Assembly: GCA_964016885.1 (NCBI GenBank)
Contig: OZ024741.1
Location: 334,242,001-334,306,000, forward strand
DNA from: Eledone cirrhosa
Taxonomy: Eukaryota
Reading direction: 5' to 3'
Length of the DNA: 64,000 bases
In this document: piece after piece, positions 28,262 through 41,612 of the stretch
Position numbering within the stretch: position 1 is the stretch's first letter
Layout: every line of letters begins with the position of its first letter
Made by a program: the position numbers and the translations under genes
Notes under the pieces: model-generated
What the model was told of the DNA's origin: nothing
What the model saw: the letters and a program-made list of their open reading frames with translations, nothing else
Databases searched by the model: none

Positions 28262-28850
28262 TACTGGTAACATGTATCTCAGTACAACCTGTCTCATGGT
28301 CGGGTCGTTGGCGACTAAACTGGCAACCCCACCAAGGTTTCTTGGTGAGGAGGGTGAATTTGGACATCCTGCAGGACTAAAAACAAAACCTGTCAAATGG
28401 CAAAGGAGCTCTTAAGAGTCAATGGCCATCCAAAATCACTGGAAGAGATGACCCTCTTAGCCTTTGTCAAGGCAGAATTCTAGGAGAAGGAAAACTCTGA
28501 TATAACACCTGCAACCCTGATGGTATCCAATGATGTTGACTTGTTCTTCTTTTTGGTAAATATCATCTTGGTTAAGAGAGTGGGACTGGCTTTGTGCAGT
28601 GCCTTTGCTCACTATAAAAGCTTCACGGCACAGGCATTGCTTTTTATCTGGAGATCTCTCTGCCCTTGTCGTCACATGGTACCATGGGCCCTGCACTATG
28701 TGTCAATAATTGTCACAAGTGTAGTGTTTGTACCAGAGTTTTCAAGTCGCTGGCTGGACTAAAAAGTCACACTCGTTCAGTCCATCGGTAGGGGTTCTCC
28801 TACATGGATATAAAGTACTGGCCGTACTCGAAAATGAGTTGGCAGCCACC
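28262..28850 (+). mobile_element. ~600-bp non-autonomous bipartite RTE-derived element, copy 1
   Basis: Near-identical to 43855-44460 and 45201-45808. The 3' part encodes a CSVCTRVFKSLAGLKSH zinc-finger remnant. Confidence 0.8.
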
Positions 28851-29334
28851 ATGTATATATATATATATATATCTATATATATATGTATATATGTATATAT
28901 GCATTTTATGTATATATATATGTGTGGGTGCGTGTGTGCGTCTATACATGTGTGTGTGTGTGTGTCTATATATGCATATATATATACACACACACACACA
29001 TACACATACATCTACGTGTACATATTTACACTGAATTTCTCTTGTGACTCACATTTCATGATGCTGTAATAATCTTCAGATAACTTTTTGAGGGTGGATA
29101 GGGAGAGGCATATTCTTTGTTCTTTATATACATTTAATTGCTTGCTTTCCAATATTGTTTTATTAAACCTTTCATTACCATGCCTATGGTTTTCATATAA
29201 TTTCGAAAATAGTTAAGAGTTTGGAAGTATTTAGAGAAATAACTTTCTCATTATTAAGCTGGTCTTTACAACATGATTTAAAAATTCTTACGTAAAATTA
29301 TAATGGCATTTTAAAAAAAATAAATATAAACATT

Positions 29335-29780
29335 TTAACCCTTTTGTTACCGTATTTCAAATGAAAGATATTTCCAATGGTTTTCAAATAATTTTTAAAC
29401 TAATCAAGAATTTAGAGGGATTTAGTAATATAACTAGCTTTCTCATTATTAAGCTGGTGTTTGGAACCTAACTTAACAAAGGTTCAAGCATAAAATTATG
29501 ATTGAATGTAAAAACTTTAACTTTTAACATCCTGTAAAACATACTTAAAAAATACAAAACAACACTATGCTTGCATCATATTAAACATTAAATTTTTTAC
29601 TTAAGTTTATTGCAAATTTTCACACCAATCTGTCCACTAATAAATTTACTATAAATATTTGAATTTACAATCCAATTTTTAGATATTTTCCGCTAAATCA
29701 TTGTAGGATGTTAAGAGTTAAATTTAAATAGCTCTGTGTCATAGAACCTAGGGCAGCTTTAGGTGGTATAGTATCAAAAC
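29335..29780 (+). mobile_element. TTAA-CCCTTT MITE with a nested TTAA MITE (29517-29721)
   Basis: Outer element starts TTAACCCTTTTGTTACC, with relatives near 34250-34813 and 51810-52262. Inner element has TIRs TTAACATCCT/AGGATGTTAA and TTAA flanks. Confidence 0.6.
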
Positions 29781-30174
29781 TATTATGGCATTATCTATAG
29801 ATGTCATAATTCTATTTGCCAATTTTTTAACAATGGGTTTATTGTTCATGTTCTTCATAATTCAGCCTTGATGTTATTTCTCTTCATATTGGTTTCTTTT
29901 TGTTGCTGACATATTGGAGTTTCTTCTTGAAATTGTTTATCAATATTGTTTCTTCTCAGCCAAATCAATAACTGTGTTGTCTCTGCCATTTTATTGCCAC
30001 ATCCTGCATACACAGAGTATATCTATATCAAAAATATCTTTAATGGCTTCATATATGAAATAACAATTTATTATGTAGACAGAATGACATCTTTAGTATA
30101 AAAGGATATGAATCACATAATCAACAAGCAATTACAGGCCAACTACTAAACTGACCAATGAATAAACAATAAGT

Positions 30175-31000
30175 GAAAAAATAATTGTTTCTTCTTTTGG
30201 CATAAGGCCAGCAATTACCCAGTACATTACTGGTACTTTATTTTATCGACCCCGTAAGGATGAAAGGCAAAGTTAACCTCGACAGGATTTGAACTCAGAC
30301 CGTAAAGGGACTTAACTATGCTAGAAAGCATGGCGTCCAACCCTATACCAATACTGCCACTTCCCTGCCCTAATAACTGAAAAAAATAATTGTTTCTACT
30401 TTTGGCACAAGGCCAGCAATTAATCCAGTGTATTACTGATACTTTATTTTATCGACCCCATAAGGAAAAAAATCCACTAACTGAAAAAATAATTGTTTCT
30501 TCTTTCAGCACAAGGCCAGCAATTACCCAGTGCATTACTGGTACTTTTATTTTAGCGACCCCGTAAGGATGAAAGGCAAAGTTAACCTCGACGGGATTTG
30601 AACTCAGAATGGCAAGGGCCATAACTCTATACGTCAAAGCATGGCGTCCGATCCTCTACCAATACTGCCAATCCACTGAAAAAATAATTGTTTATACTTT
30701 AGGCACAAGGCCAGCAATGACCCAGTGCATTACTGGTACTTTATTTTATGAACCCCGTAAGGATGAAAGGCAAAGTCAACCTCGGCGGGATTTGAACTCA
30801 GATCGTAAAGGGACGTAACTATGCTGGAAAGCATGGCATCCGACCCACTACCGATACTGCCAATCCACTGAAAAAATAATTGTTTCTACTTTAGGCACAA
30901 GGCCAGTAATTACCCAGTGCATTACTGGTACTTTATTTTATCGACCCCGTAAGGATGAAAGGCAAAGTCAACCTCTGAAAAATCCACTGAAAAAATAATG
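30175..31000 (-). mobile_element. Tandem array of family-A SINE copies
   Basis: About five full or partial copies, each preceded by TGAAAAAATAATTGTTT. Confidence 0.8.
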
Positions 31001-31499
31001 TCAACAAAACAGATTTGCAAAACAGGCTATGATTATGCAATTGACAGGCAGAGAGGAAAGAACTACAGAAAGGGCCAACAGAAAACTCTCTAAAAATATA
31101 CAATGTTTACAAAACTCTAGTGCCCAATTTTTTTTAATATATATTTTCAAAATAGTGGAATAAATAATACAGTCTCTTAATAAAATGTATGCACACTTCA
31201 GAAGAAAAATTTGTATAAATATTTTAACACTAATTTACTATAGTACACAGCATTATCATCATTTGATCAAACTTTCGAAATAGGTATTTATATTTACAGA
31301 GCTATTTAAACAAGTTAAAATTTCAGAACACTTGAGTTAAAATTCTTCATCTTTGTATAGTGGAAAGAACCTCTCAAGAAAGCCAGACAGCAGAAGGTCT
31401 TCAGAGAAGAAACTCCACTCAGGCAAGTGTTTCAGCCCTTAACTAGTATATGTCAGCATGACAAGTATACTTGTACAGTTGACAAACTGAGGGTCTTTA

Positions 31500-31718
31500 T
31501 TAACTCTTTAGCATTTACATTACTCTATATTTACTGGTATATTTTCATGGTAAAGGCTTTATCTCACATAATATCGAATCTATGAGATTTTGATATTATT
31601 TATTTTGAGAACAATACCTTAACATCAGTATGAGTGACTAGTTACAGCCAGTTTAAACAACAGAAAGAGGTGAGAAAATTCTGATCTAATACGGCCAGTT
31701 TAAATGTTAAAGGGTTAA
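31500..31718 (+). mobile_element. TTAA-flanked MITE
   Basis: TTAA-CTCTTTAGCATTT..AAATGTTAAAGGG-TTAA. Confidence 0.75.
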
Positions 31719-32929
31719 ACAAATGATGCTTATGTCCAGATTAGCTGCGACAAAACCAATAATTTTATGACAGTTGTAGTTAGATTATCAATATCTGTAA
31801 TAAACATAGCACAAAACGTTTCACATTGACTGGAATGGTTACATCTTTAATATTTATGCACAGCTGTAAACATTTAAGAATATAATGTTAATAAAAAAAA
31901 AATGATAGGCTTTGTATTATATATGGTTTTTAGATATGTAAAAATTTCAGAGAAACAAGTTTCTATTTGAAGTTGAAACATTCGTTATGATTTATTGAAA
32001 AGAAAAGATGTGGAAAAAAAGGAACAGTTTATAAATTTTCAAAGCTTTCTAAAGATGTCGTTGGTTTCCTATGCATTTTTCTCATGTCACTTAGATGTTG
32101 AATCTAGAAACATTGAACACGACAAAATAAAGATAATAATTCAAAGTTAAGCATATTAATCAGATTTTAAAGATTTCATGATACAAAAGCTTTCTCCTTG
32201 ATCAGATTTTAAAATAAAACTTCTTTCATAATTACCTAATGAATAGAATGCAGAGGGGATACATAACACACAGAGATAAATGAAATCTTGCCAAATGTAT
32301 AAAAATAAATCTAAAAATGTTTCTTTTTTTTTAAATGGAAAAAATTTAATAAATTTCTTTTCAAGATGCTGATAGTTCATTTGAAGAATAAAGTCATACA
32401 ATTTCTAAAACCTGATAGCCAACCATTAAAATGTACTGTTCATGGGACAATAATTAACCCAGTTTCCGTTTGTTTCTTTATTTATTCCCTTACACAGAAG
32501 GAAGGGATTTTGACAATAATGTTTTTACAGCTAGGAAAATATCACATCAATCAGTTCGATACAATTTTTATTGATTGATTTATATATTTTTTCTTATTAT
32601 TATTATTCATTTTATTTTTTCATTTTATTTTATTTTCATTTATTTTATTTATTTTATTTTTTATTTTCATTTTATTTCATTTTTATTTTGAACTTACTTT
32701 TTTGGTCAATATGTACAAACTGTTTCAATACACTAAAATCTAATTTTCAAAATCTAATTTTGACTGAAAAACCACTTGAAATTGAACATCTGCTGTTGTG
32801 ATGGGAGAATTGATAAACCCATTTCAAGACTTTCTATTATCCTCCTTTTGAAAGATCTGCCAAACTAAGCAAAGGCATGTGTTTCTACATGATCATGCAC
32901 ATGGCTATTGTATGTGTTTTCATGTTAAC

Positions 32930-32977
<48 letters not shown>

Positions 32978-33499
32978 ATGATCGTGCACATGGTTATTAT
33001 ATCTGTTTTGATGTTACTTTCTGTATATATGTGTGTGTGTTTGTGTGTTTTCATGTGTTTATAAGCATATTTTTCTACTGGAATGTTTGTATCAATATAT
33101 ATGAATATTTGCATAAGTCGTGTGTTTATGAGTGCATGTTTAGTGTGATGTATGTGGGTAGGGACTGGTAAGAGTATGTATTTTGTTGAGTATATATGAG
33201 AGAGTATTTACATGTATGTGTGTGTTCGTATGCATGTATGTGTATGTATGTATATGTACGTGTGTGAGGAGTTAATAAGGTCAATCAATGTTTGTGATAA
33301 TTATTCAATTCTCAATCTTTGTTTATATTGATTGATTTTAATAAAGTTGAAAGTGAAGGTTACTCTCCCTTCATCAGAATACAGAACACATTTAGCTTAT
33401 TTGAACCTTCATGTTCTGGATGTAAAGCAAGGAATTTCTTCTGTTATAAATCCATTCACATCTCGGATATTTTATACAAATATTAAATCACCCCTAGCA

Positions 33500-33775
33500 C
33501 GTCAATTAATCAAGCTTCCTGCAACTGGAGCTGCCAGTTGTTGGGGGTGCCACTTTCAACATTTTCACAGTCTCCAGTTGCAATTGGTCTTTACCCCTTG
33601 TCATGCATAAAAGGATTGTAGTTTTATGAACTGTTCAGCCAGGATTTTCGATGTCTGCCTCTTCTTCGTTCTCCTTCAACTGTGTCCTGAAGGATGACTT
33701 TTGGACAGAGTCTTGGCAAGATATGTGACCATCCCAAGCAAGCTTCCATTTTTTTACCATTCTAATAAGCGGTTC
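33500..33775 (-). pseudogene. Decayed RTE-type LINE C-terminal fragment
   Basis: KLAWDGHI and a frameshifted ILQ-TVEG-RRRGR-like segment. Confidence 0.5.
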
Positions 33776-34369
33776 GTTTCTTTATTTCATTAACTTTAGA
33801 AAAATTAAAGACAACATTTGTCTTAATCTCCAATATAATTCTACTCACAACATGGATGCTTTATGAGAATATTAGATATTATCAGCCCTAATACTTGATT
33901 GGTGCTTTATTTTATATCTCCCAATATTTGACTGATACTTTATTTTATCAACTCTAGTACTTGACTGGTACTTTAATTTATCAATCATAGAAGAATCAAA
34001 ATCAAAATTCTCTTCAACTGGATTTCAAATTTGAACAGAAAGATCAATAAGTAAATATTGCAGGCATTTCATCTGATGTTTTCACAATTTTGTCATAATT
34101 GTGTTTGCAAGAAAGAGCTACAAATAAACACACTGCTTCCATCTCTGAGTTAAGGAACATTCTAAGACTTGTAAGTAATTCTCATTTGTAATATTTCCAA
34201 AATGTAAATTGGTGATGAGTATTAAAAAAAACATGTATGGCTAATAATTAACCCTTGTGATACCAAACTGTCTTAAATCGATCCTGATTCTAATGATATA
34301 GAACTGTTTATTTTAAAATGTTTATATTCATAATTTTATATAAGAATCTTTCTTAAGTTATGTTTCAAA

Positions 34370-34680
34370 CATCATCATCATCATCATCACCGTTTTACGT
34401 CCGTTCTTCCATGCAAGCATGGGTTAGACGGGTTGTCCTGTTGTGGGCAGTGTCTGGTTGGCTGACCATGCCTCTTGCTCATACAGGGACTGATTTTGGC
34501 TCGATTTCTACAGCTGGATGCCCTTCCTAACACCAACCTCATTTACAGTGAGTGCCGGGTGCTTTTTCCATGGCGCCTACACGTCCACCTTGCAGTGAAA
34601 GGGTGTGGGGGCATATTATCTATATGCTTCAGTTTGTACCCATGGGAGGTCGGGTACTCTGTATTACTACGTGATGCCAT
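34370..34680 (-). mobile_element. RTE 3' UTR fragment inserted in a TTAA MITE
   Basis: Close match to 11986-12345 including the (CAT)n tail. Confidence 0.8.
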
Positions 34681-35594
34681 ACAAAACACGATCATAAAAA
34701 TTAGAAAATTAACTATATAAATAAATCTGTCCAAATTTTAAAATAATTTTTTAAAATGATATGAAAATCACAGGCAGTCGATTTCATTAGAAATATAGCA
34801 ATGAAAGGGTTAAATACCATTTGCAGAATTCTTCATTTACTAATACAGTTAGTAAGATGCTTATCAATGGTAGTTAATATTTCATTGTGATGGAAAAATC
34901 TGACAAACTTTTCATCTTATTGTCTTTCGTACTGTTATATATACATACTATAGACACTCACACATAAACACACAACACACAAACACACAAATACAAATGC
35001 ATACACACATTTATAATATTGTAGATGTTATACTATTTAGATACAGAACATTTTCAAACTCTTGCAAATTCAATTCTTTTTATGTCTATCCATTGTATTA
35101 AAATCTGTATTATTATTACTTTTTAAATTTCATTTGAAAATAAAATCAGGGTGGAGAGGGAAGTGCTCCCTTCCTAGCAATTTGTTGAAAGATGGGTGAG
35201 AGAGGCAAGCATGATCCAAGTGAATGGGCCTGCTCTGAGTATGCGTCTGTAGATTGGAGGTGGAAAACTGGGAGAGGGCACTTCGCCTGGTTGTCTAGGT
35301 CACTGAGGCTTTTTGTAGGCTTTCTCCACAACTGACCCTCAGAAGTATCCCCCCCCCCCCTATTGGGGAACTTTCTTGTTTCATCTTTTTTGTTAATTCC
35401 TTTGTTATTTTTTTTTTTTCTTTATCTGCAGAAATGCCCATTTGTACCATTCTGTAGTATCCTGTGTTGTCCTTAATATTATACTTTATGTCAACCCTTG
35501 TGGTTAATAAAGAAAGCATTATTACAATCAATTATTATTATTATTAATATTATTATCATTGTTGTTATTAAAAAATATTAAAAAGTTAGAAACT

Positions 35595-36158
35595 TTGGCA
35601 GTATCAGTAGACAGTTGGACACCATGTTTTGCAGCATAGAGTTACGGCCCTTTATGATCTGAGCTCAGATCCCAGCGAGATTAACTTTGCCTTTCATCCT
35701 GGGGTCAGTAAAATAAAGTACCAGTCACGCACTGGGATCGATTTAATCGACTTTCACCTCCTCCCAAATTGCTGGCCTTGTGCCTATATAAGAAACCATT
35801 ATTATTATCATTATCATGTAGTAAAAATCCCGCCGAGGTTAACTTTGCCTTTCATCCTTATAGGGTCCATAAAATAAAGTACCAGTAATGCACTGGGTAA
35901 TTACTGGCCTTGTGCCAAAAGTAGAAACAATTATGTAGGAAAAATCTAACAGAAGACAATTCAAGCATTCATTAAATTGGCAGTATCGGTAGAGGGTTGG
36001 ACGCCATGCTTTCTAGCATAGTTATGTCCCTTTACAGTCTGAGTTCAAATCCCGCCGTGGTTAACTTTGCCTTTCATCTTTACGGGGTCAATAAAATGCA
36101 GTACCAGTAATGTACTGGGTAATTGCTGGCCTTGTGCCTAAAGTAGAAACAATTATTT
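35595..36158 (+). mobile_element. Three family-A SINE copies
   Basis: Core motif near 35685, 35840 and 36062. Confidence 0.75.
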
Positions 36159-36493
36159 CAAATACTTTATATATTCCTTTAGAAGCATTTATGTCAGGTA
36201 ACTGAAGCATAGAAAAACACAAAACTGTTATTTATCTTTGCAACATTGCATAGCATAGCATTGTATATATAAAGCAATTTAAATTTAACTAATTTAATAT
36301 AATTACAGAAAGTGTTTTGCAGGGTTGAAGTTTTTTAACAAAGAATCCTTTAAAAATTAGATTACATATCTTTTAATTTTAATTATCCTCAAATTTGAAA
36401 GTTGTTGAATGTGTAACAAATCTTCACTAAACTGTGTAATTTACTTGTAGTTATAATATAGATTTTTGACAAGCTCTATTCATGATCATAAAA

Positions 36494-36714
36494 CTGTGTG
36501 AGTCATAAGTAACCGGGCGTCAATGCATTTTTTTCTTGCATTTCACAGATAACGTTTTGAACATCCACATATTTGTGTGCTATCAACCATGATTGTATTG
36601 TTTTAACTACTTTTGTTTGATGTATTTATAATTTCTTACAGTACGACCAGAATGTTAGTAAATATCATTTGTAATATAAATTTGTACTGCCTGGTTACTT
36701 ATGACTCAGCCTGT
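36494..36714. mobile_element. Tc1/mariner-like MITE
   Basis: TIR TGAGTCATAAGTAACC versus GGTTACTTATGACTCA. The right end recurs near 37960-37983. Confidence 0.6.
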
Positions 36715-37072
36715 ATATGTATATATGTATATCATCATCATCATCACCATTTAACATCCTTTTTCCATGCTAGCATATGTTAATCGAATTGTCCCGTTCT
36801 GAGAAATGCTCGGTCAGGTGACCATGTCTTTCTCATACAAAACTCATTTTGCCTTGGTTTCTGCAACTGGATGTCCTTCCTAACACCAACTACATTTAGA
36901 GTGAGTACTGGGTGCTTTTTGTCGTGACACCTACATGACCACTTGACAGTGTGTGCTGGGTGTTTTTTACTATGTCACCATCATGACCATTTTACAGTGT
37001 GAGCTGGGTGCTTTTTGTCGTATAGCCATCACGACCATTTTACAGTATGAATATATATACATATATATATAT

Positions 37073-37272
37073 ATATTTGAAAAAAGGAAAAGAATGACTT
37101 CACTTGTAGTTCCAAACAAATTGATTTAATTTTATAATAATATATTTTTACAATTTAGTTTTGTAGATCTAGTGACTAGATCTACAAAATTAAATTGTAA
37201 AATTATATTATAAAATTAAATCAAATTGTTTAGAACTACAAGTGAAGTCATTCTTTTCCTTTTTTCAAATAT
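37073..37272. repeat. ~200-bp near-perfect palindrome
   Basis: Centre AGATCTAGT-G-ACTAGATCT at 37174, arms about 100 bp. Confidence 0.9.
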
Positions 37273-37303
37273 ACCTAACTGTACCAAGGATTTCACACAT
37301 TTT

Positions 37304-37336
<33 letters not shown>

Positions 37337-37339
<3 letters not shown>

Positions 37340-37890
37340 TCATCATCATCATCATCATTTTACATCCGCTTTGTCATTGTCCTTTGTCATCTCCTCGGTG
37401 AGTTTCAGTGAACTGAGGTCTGCTCTCACCACCTCCGCCCATGTTTTTCGTGGTCTACCTCTACTGCATCTTCCTTCTACTGGGATTTCTTGGCACTTCT
37501 TTAACCGAGCGGTCATCTTCCATGCGCATCACATGTCCATACCATCTCAGCCTTCACTCCTGCACACCACAACTTATCCCTCTTATACCCAGTTTCTTTC
37601 TCAACTCGTCCATGCTTGTTCGTTCATGCACATTGGCATTGCACATCCAACGGAGCATACTTGCTTCATTTCTCTCCAGCCGTCACATATCCTCTGCAGT
37701 TGGTGCCCATGTCTCACTACCATGCAGCATCGCGCATCTCACACAAGCATCATATAACCGTCCTTTTGTATGCAGGGAGAAACCCTTCTTTGTCAACAGA
37801 GGAAGCAGCTCCCTAAACTTCTTCCAGCCTATCCTTATTCTAGATACTATGGCCTCGGAAATGCTAATCTGATCACCTAGGTACCGGAAA
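37337..37890 (-). mobile_element. RTE LINE 3' fragment
   Basis: FRYLGD..RIGWKKFRELLPLL..MLHGSETW, with a (CAT)n tail. Confidence 0.85.
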
Positions 37891-38024
37891 CTATATATAT
37901 ACATGTACCATGACCAGAATCTTAGTAAATATTATTTGGAATATATATGTTGTACTTTCCAGTTACTTATGACCCACTCTGTATCCACTGGATGGAGAAA
38001 AAAAAACTCCACAAAGAATAGTTG

Positions 38025-38175
38025 CAGGCATGGCTATATAGTTAAGGAGTTGGCAACCTCATGGTTCTGGCCTCAGTCCCACTGTACAGCAACTTGGTCA
38101 AGTGTCTTCTACTATAGTCTCAGGTTGACCAATGTCTTGAGTGTAGAATTTAATTGATAGAAACTGCAGAAGCTT

Positions 38176-38178
<3 letters not shown>
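38025..38178 (+). mobile_element. SINE family B, 5' part
   Basis: tRNA-like head followed by TTGGTCAAGTGTCTTCTACTATAG. Confidence 0.55.
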
Positions 38179-38232
<54 letters not shown>

Positions 38233-38241
<9 letters not shown>

Positions 38242-39040
38242 TAAAAAAATAATGAATAAAACAATGAAACAGTTCCTTATATTAAACAAAAAAAGTTCAT
38301 TATTTAACGATCGTTTCTAGGATATATATGTGTTAGAATTGGCATGCATATTCAACAGATCTATGTACAAAATTATACAAAATTATACAAACTATCAAAA
38401 TTAAATATACATACCAACACATATATATGCCGTCTTCAGAAATAATGAAATATATTTATTGATAATAACAACAATTCAAAATTACAGGTCTGTTTGGGAA
38501 CAGAGTTCAAATTGACCAATGAAAACACAAAAAGTTTATACAGTTAGGTGTGTGTATATATGTAAGTAACTTCGTTCACAGATATGCATAAAAATATATA
38601 TGTTCACATGCATACGCATGCCGAAAAGATGTATGTAAATACAAAAATTCAAGGCTAATGTCTCTGTATGTTTATAATCTACAGATAAAATTCGTATACG
38701 CATATAAATATAAAAATAAATATATACACACATTCATATACTCACACATATACGTACATTCACACACACACGCGCGTATACGCATAAACATACACACAAC
38801 CACGAACATACATTCACACACACACCCCCACACACATATATGTGTATCTACTATTATCATAAGCATATGGACATTAATGCGCGCACATAAACACTGCCAC
38901 ACATATTTAGATCCAGATACAGAAAGTAGGTGGGGGGGGGGAGAGGTCAGTATTTAGCGGTGTCAGCAAGCTGCCTATTTATAAATGTATCTATAAATTT
39001 AGAAATAAAAATAAAAAGAAAAAAAAAATATATTAAGAAA

Positions 39041-39081
<41 letters not shown>

Positions 39082-39159
39082 TACACATATATATATATAT
39101 ATACATACACATATATATAAACAAGTAAAATATAAAATATACATCAATATACATACATA

Positions 39160-39210
<51 letters not shown>

Positions 39211-39422
39211 GTATATATACATACATATACATACACATATACATAAACACATACATACACATACATATACATACACACACCATATAAATACACATACACA
39301 TACACACATGCATACATATAGAGACACATACATATACACATATAAATACATAGACATATACACATATACACGCATATATATATAAACATACATACATACA
39401 TATATATATATATCCATTCACA

Positions 39423-39509
<87 letters not shown>

Positions 39510-39603
39510 CACATATCTACACACATATAAAACACACTCATGCATATACACACATACACATACATACCCACACATATATATATATATATATATACATACA
39601 CAT

Positions 39604-39685
<82 letters not shown>

Positions 39686-39744
39686 ATACACTTACATACA
39701 CATACACATATACAAAGATATATATACATACACACACACATATA

Positions 39745-39789
<45 letters not shown>

Positions 39790-40210
39790 TATATACATAC
39801 ACACACATACATACTCATACATAGACATACATATATATACACATACATACACATACATATACGCATATATACACATACATACACATCCATGTATGCGTAT
39901 ATACATACAAACACCACCACACGCTCACACAACTCAGACATACATAAATAAAGGGATATACATACACATATATACATATATAAATAGAGATACATATACA
40001 GATATAAATATATACACACATACACACACACACACACATACATACACATACATATACACACGCTCACACAACTCAGACATACATAAATAAATGGATATAC
40101 ATACACATATATACATATATAAATAGAGATACATATACACATATAAATATATACACACATACACACACACACACACATACATACACATACATACACACAT
40201 ACATATATAT

Positions 40211-40289
<79 letters not shown>

Positions 40290-40407
40290 CATATATACAT
40301 ATATACATATATATAAAAAAATAAATAAATAAAATAAATAAATAAATAAATAAATTAATACACACAGTCAGACAAATATGCACACACATACATATACATA
40401 TATATAT

Positions 40408-40454
<47 letters not shown>

Positions 40455-40494
40455 CATATACATACATATATATATACACATACACACATCAACT

Positions 40495-40539
<45 letters not shown>

Positions 40540-41612
40540 AACACTCACATATACATGCGCACATACGTACATATATACACATACACACATATACACATAG
40601 ACATATACATGTGCATAGATATACATACACACATATACCCACATAAATACATAGATACATATATATATATATATATACACAATCATACACCCTTATTTAC
40701 ATGCGCACATATGTATTTTTATACTCACATACAAACACCCAAACATACATACCTACCTACATATACATACATACATCCACGCTTACAAATACAAATAATA
40801 ATAGGGGGGGAAGGGGGGGGATTATAGTAAATATAGGTTTCAAGAAACAGAATATTAATCTGCATTTAGATCATAATATGCGTTTACATAGTAGTTTCAG
40901 TATTAGGAAATGTAAGAAAGAAGGCAAAATTATGCATTTTAATATAAGTAGACTATTAATTATAGGTTAACTAAAATAAAGATAGTTAATATATTGATTT
41001 CTAAGGTGTATACTACTTAGGTTTATAATATTTGAAGCGGAATTTTGAAGTTAAATAGTAGTAGAGTATTAATTATAGTATAACTAAATTAAAATTATTA
41101 ACGTTATGGTATCAATATTAGGAAATGAATTTAGTAATAGGGAAAAAACAAATAAAGTATTACATCGGTAGTAGAATATAAATTATAGGTTAACTAAATT
41201 AAAAATTATATATTAATTTCTATAGTATATGTTAATTTGGTTTATAATAATTAAAACAGATATTGTATTTTATCTATAGTAGAATATAATTATAGGTAAA
41301 CATAAATTAAAATTAATACATACACATATATATATATACATATACATATATATATATACATACATATACATATATATACATACACATACATATTTTTTCA
41401 AAAATTGCAAAGAATATATTAACTAGGTATACATCCAAAACCTATCTCAGTCTATGATTACATGACACTCTGCAGTCCATCTGTATTAGGATATTAATTT
41501 TAAGCCAATTAAATTAAATTTTTAGGTTAAACAAATTTAAAACCAAATTATAAATATATTTCTAAAATGTACATTAATTAGGTCTATAATATTAAAAACT
41601 ATTTCTCTGTCA
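38233..41612 (-). repeat. Left arm of a large inverted repeat (inverted copy of the Naiad 3' region)
   Basis: Reverse complement of 43576-47949 apart from microsatellite lengths and two insertions. The ORF track shows mirrored ORFs (38536-38733 versus 47449-47646). Confidence 0.93.
38296..38449 (-). ncRNA. Type I hammerhead with long stem II, intact core
   Basis: UUCAUUAUUU-CUGAAGA-cGGcAUAUAUAUGUGUUGG..CUAACACAUAUAUAUcCUa-GAAA-CGAUCG-UU-AAAUAAUGAA, with a 10-bp stem I. Confidence 0.75.
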
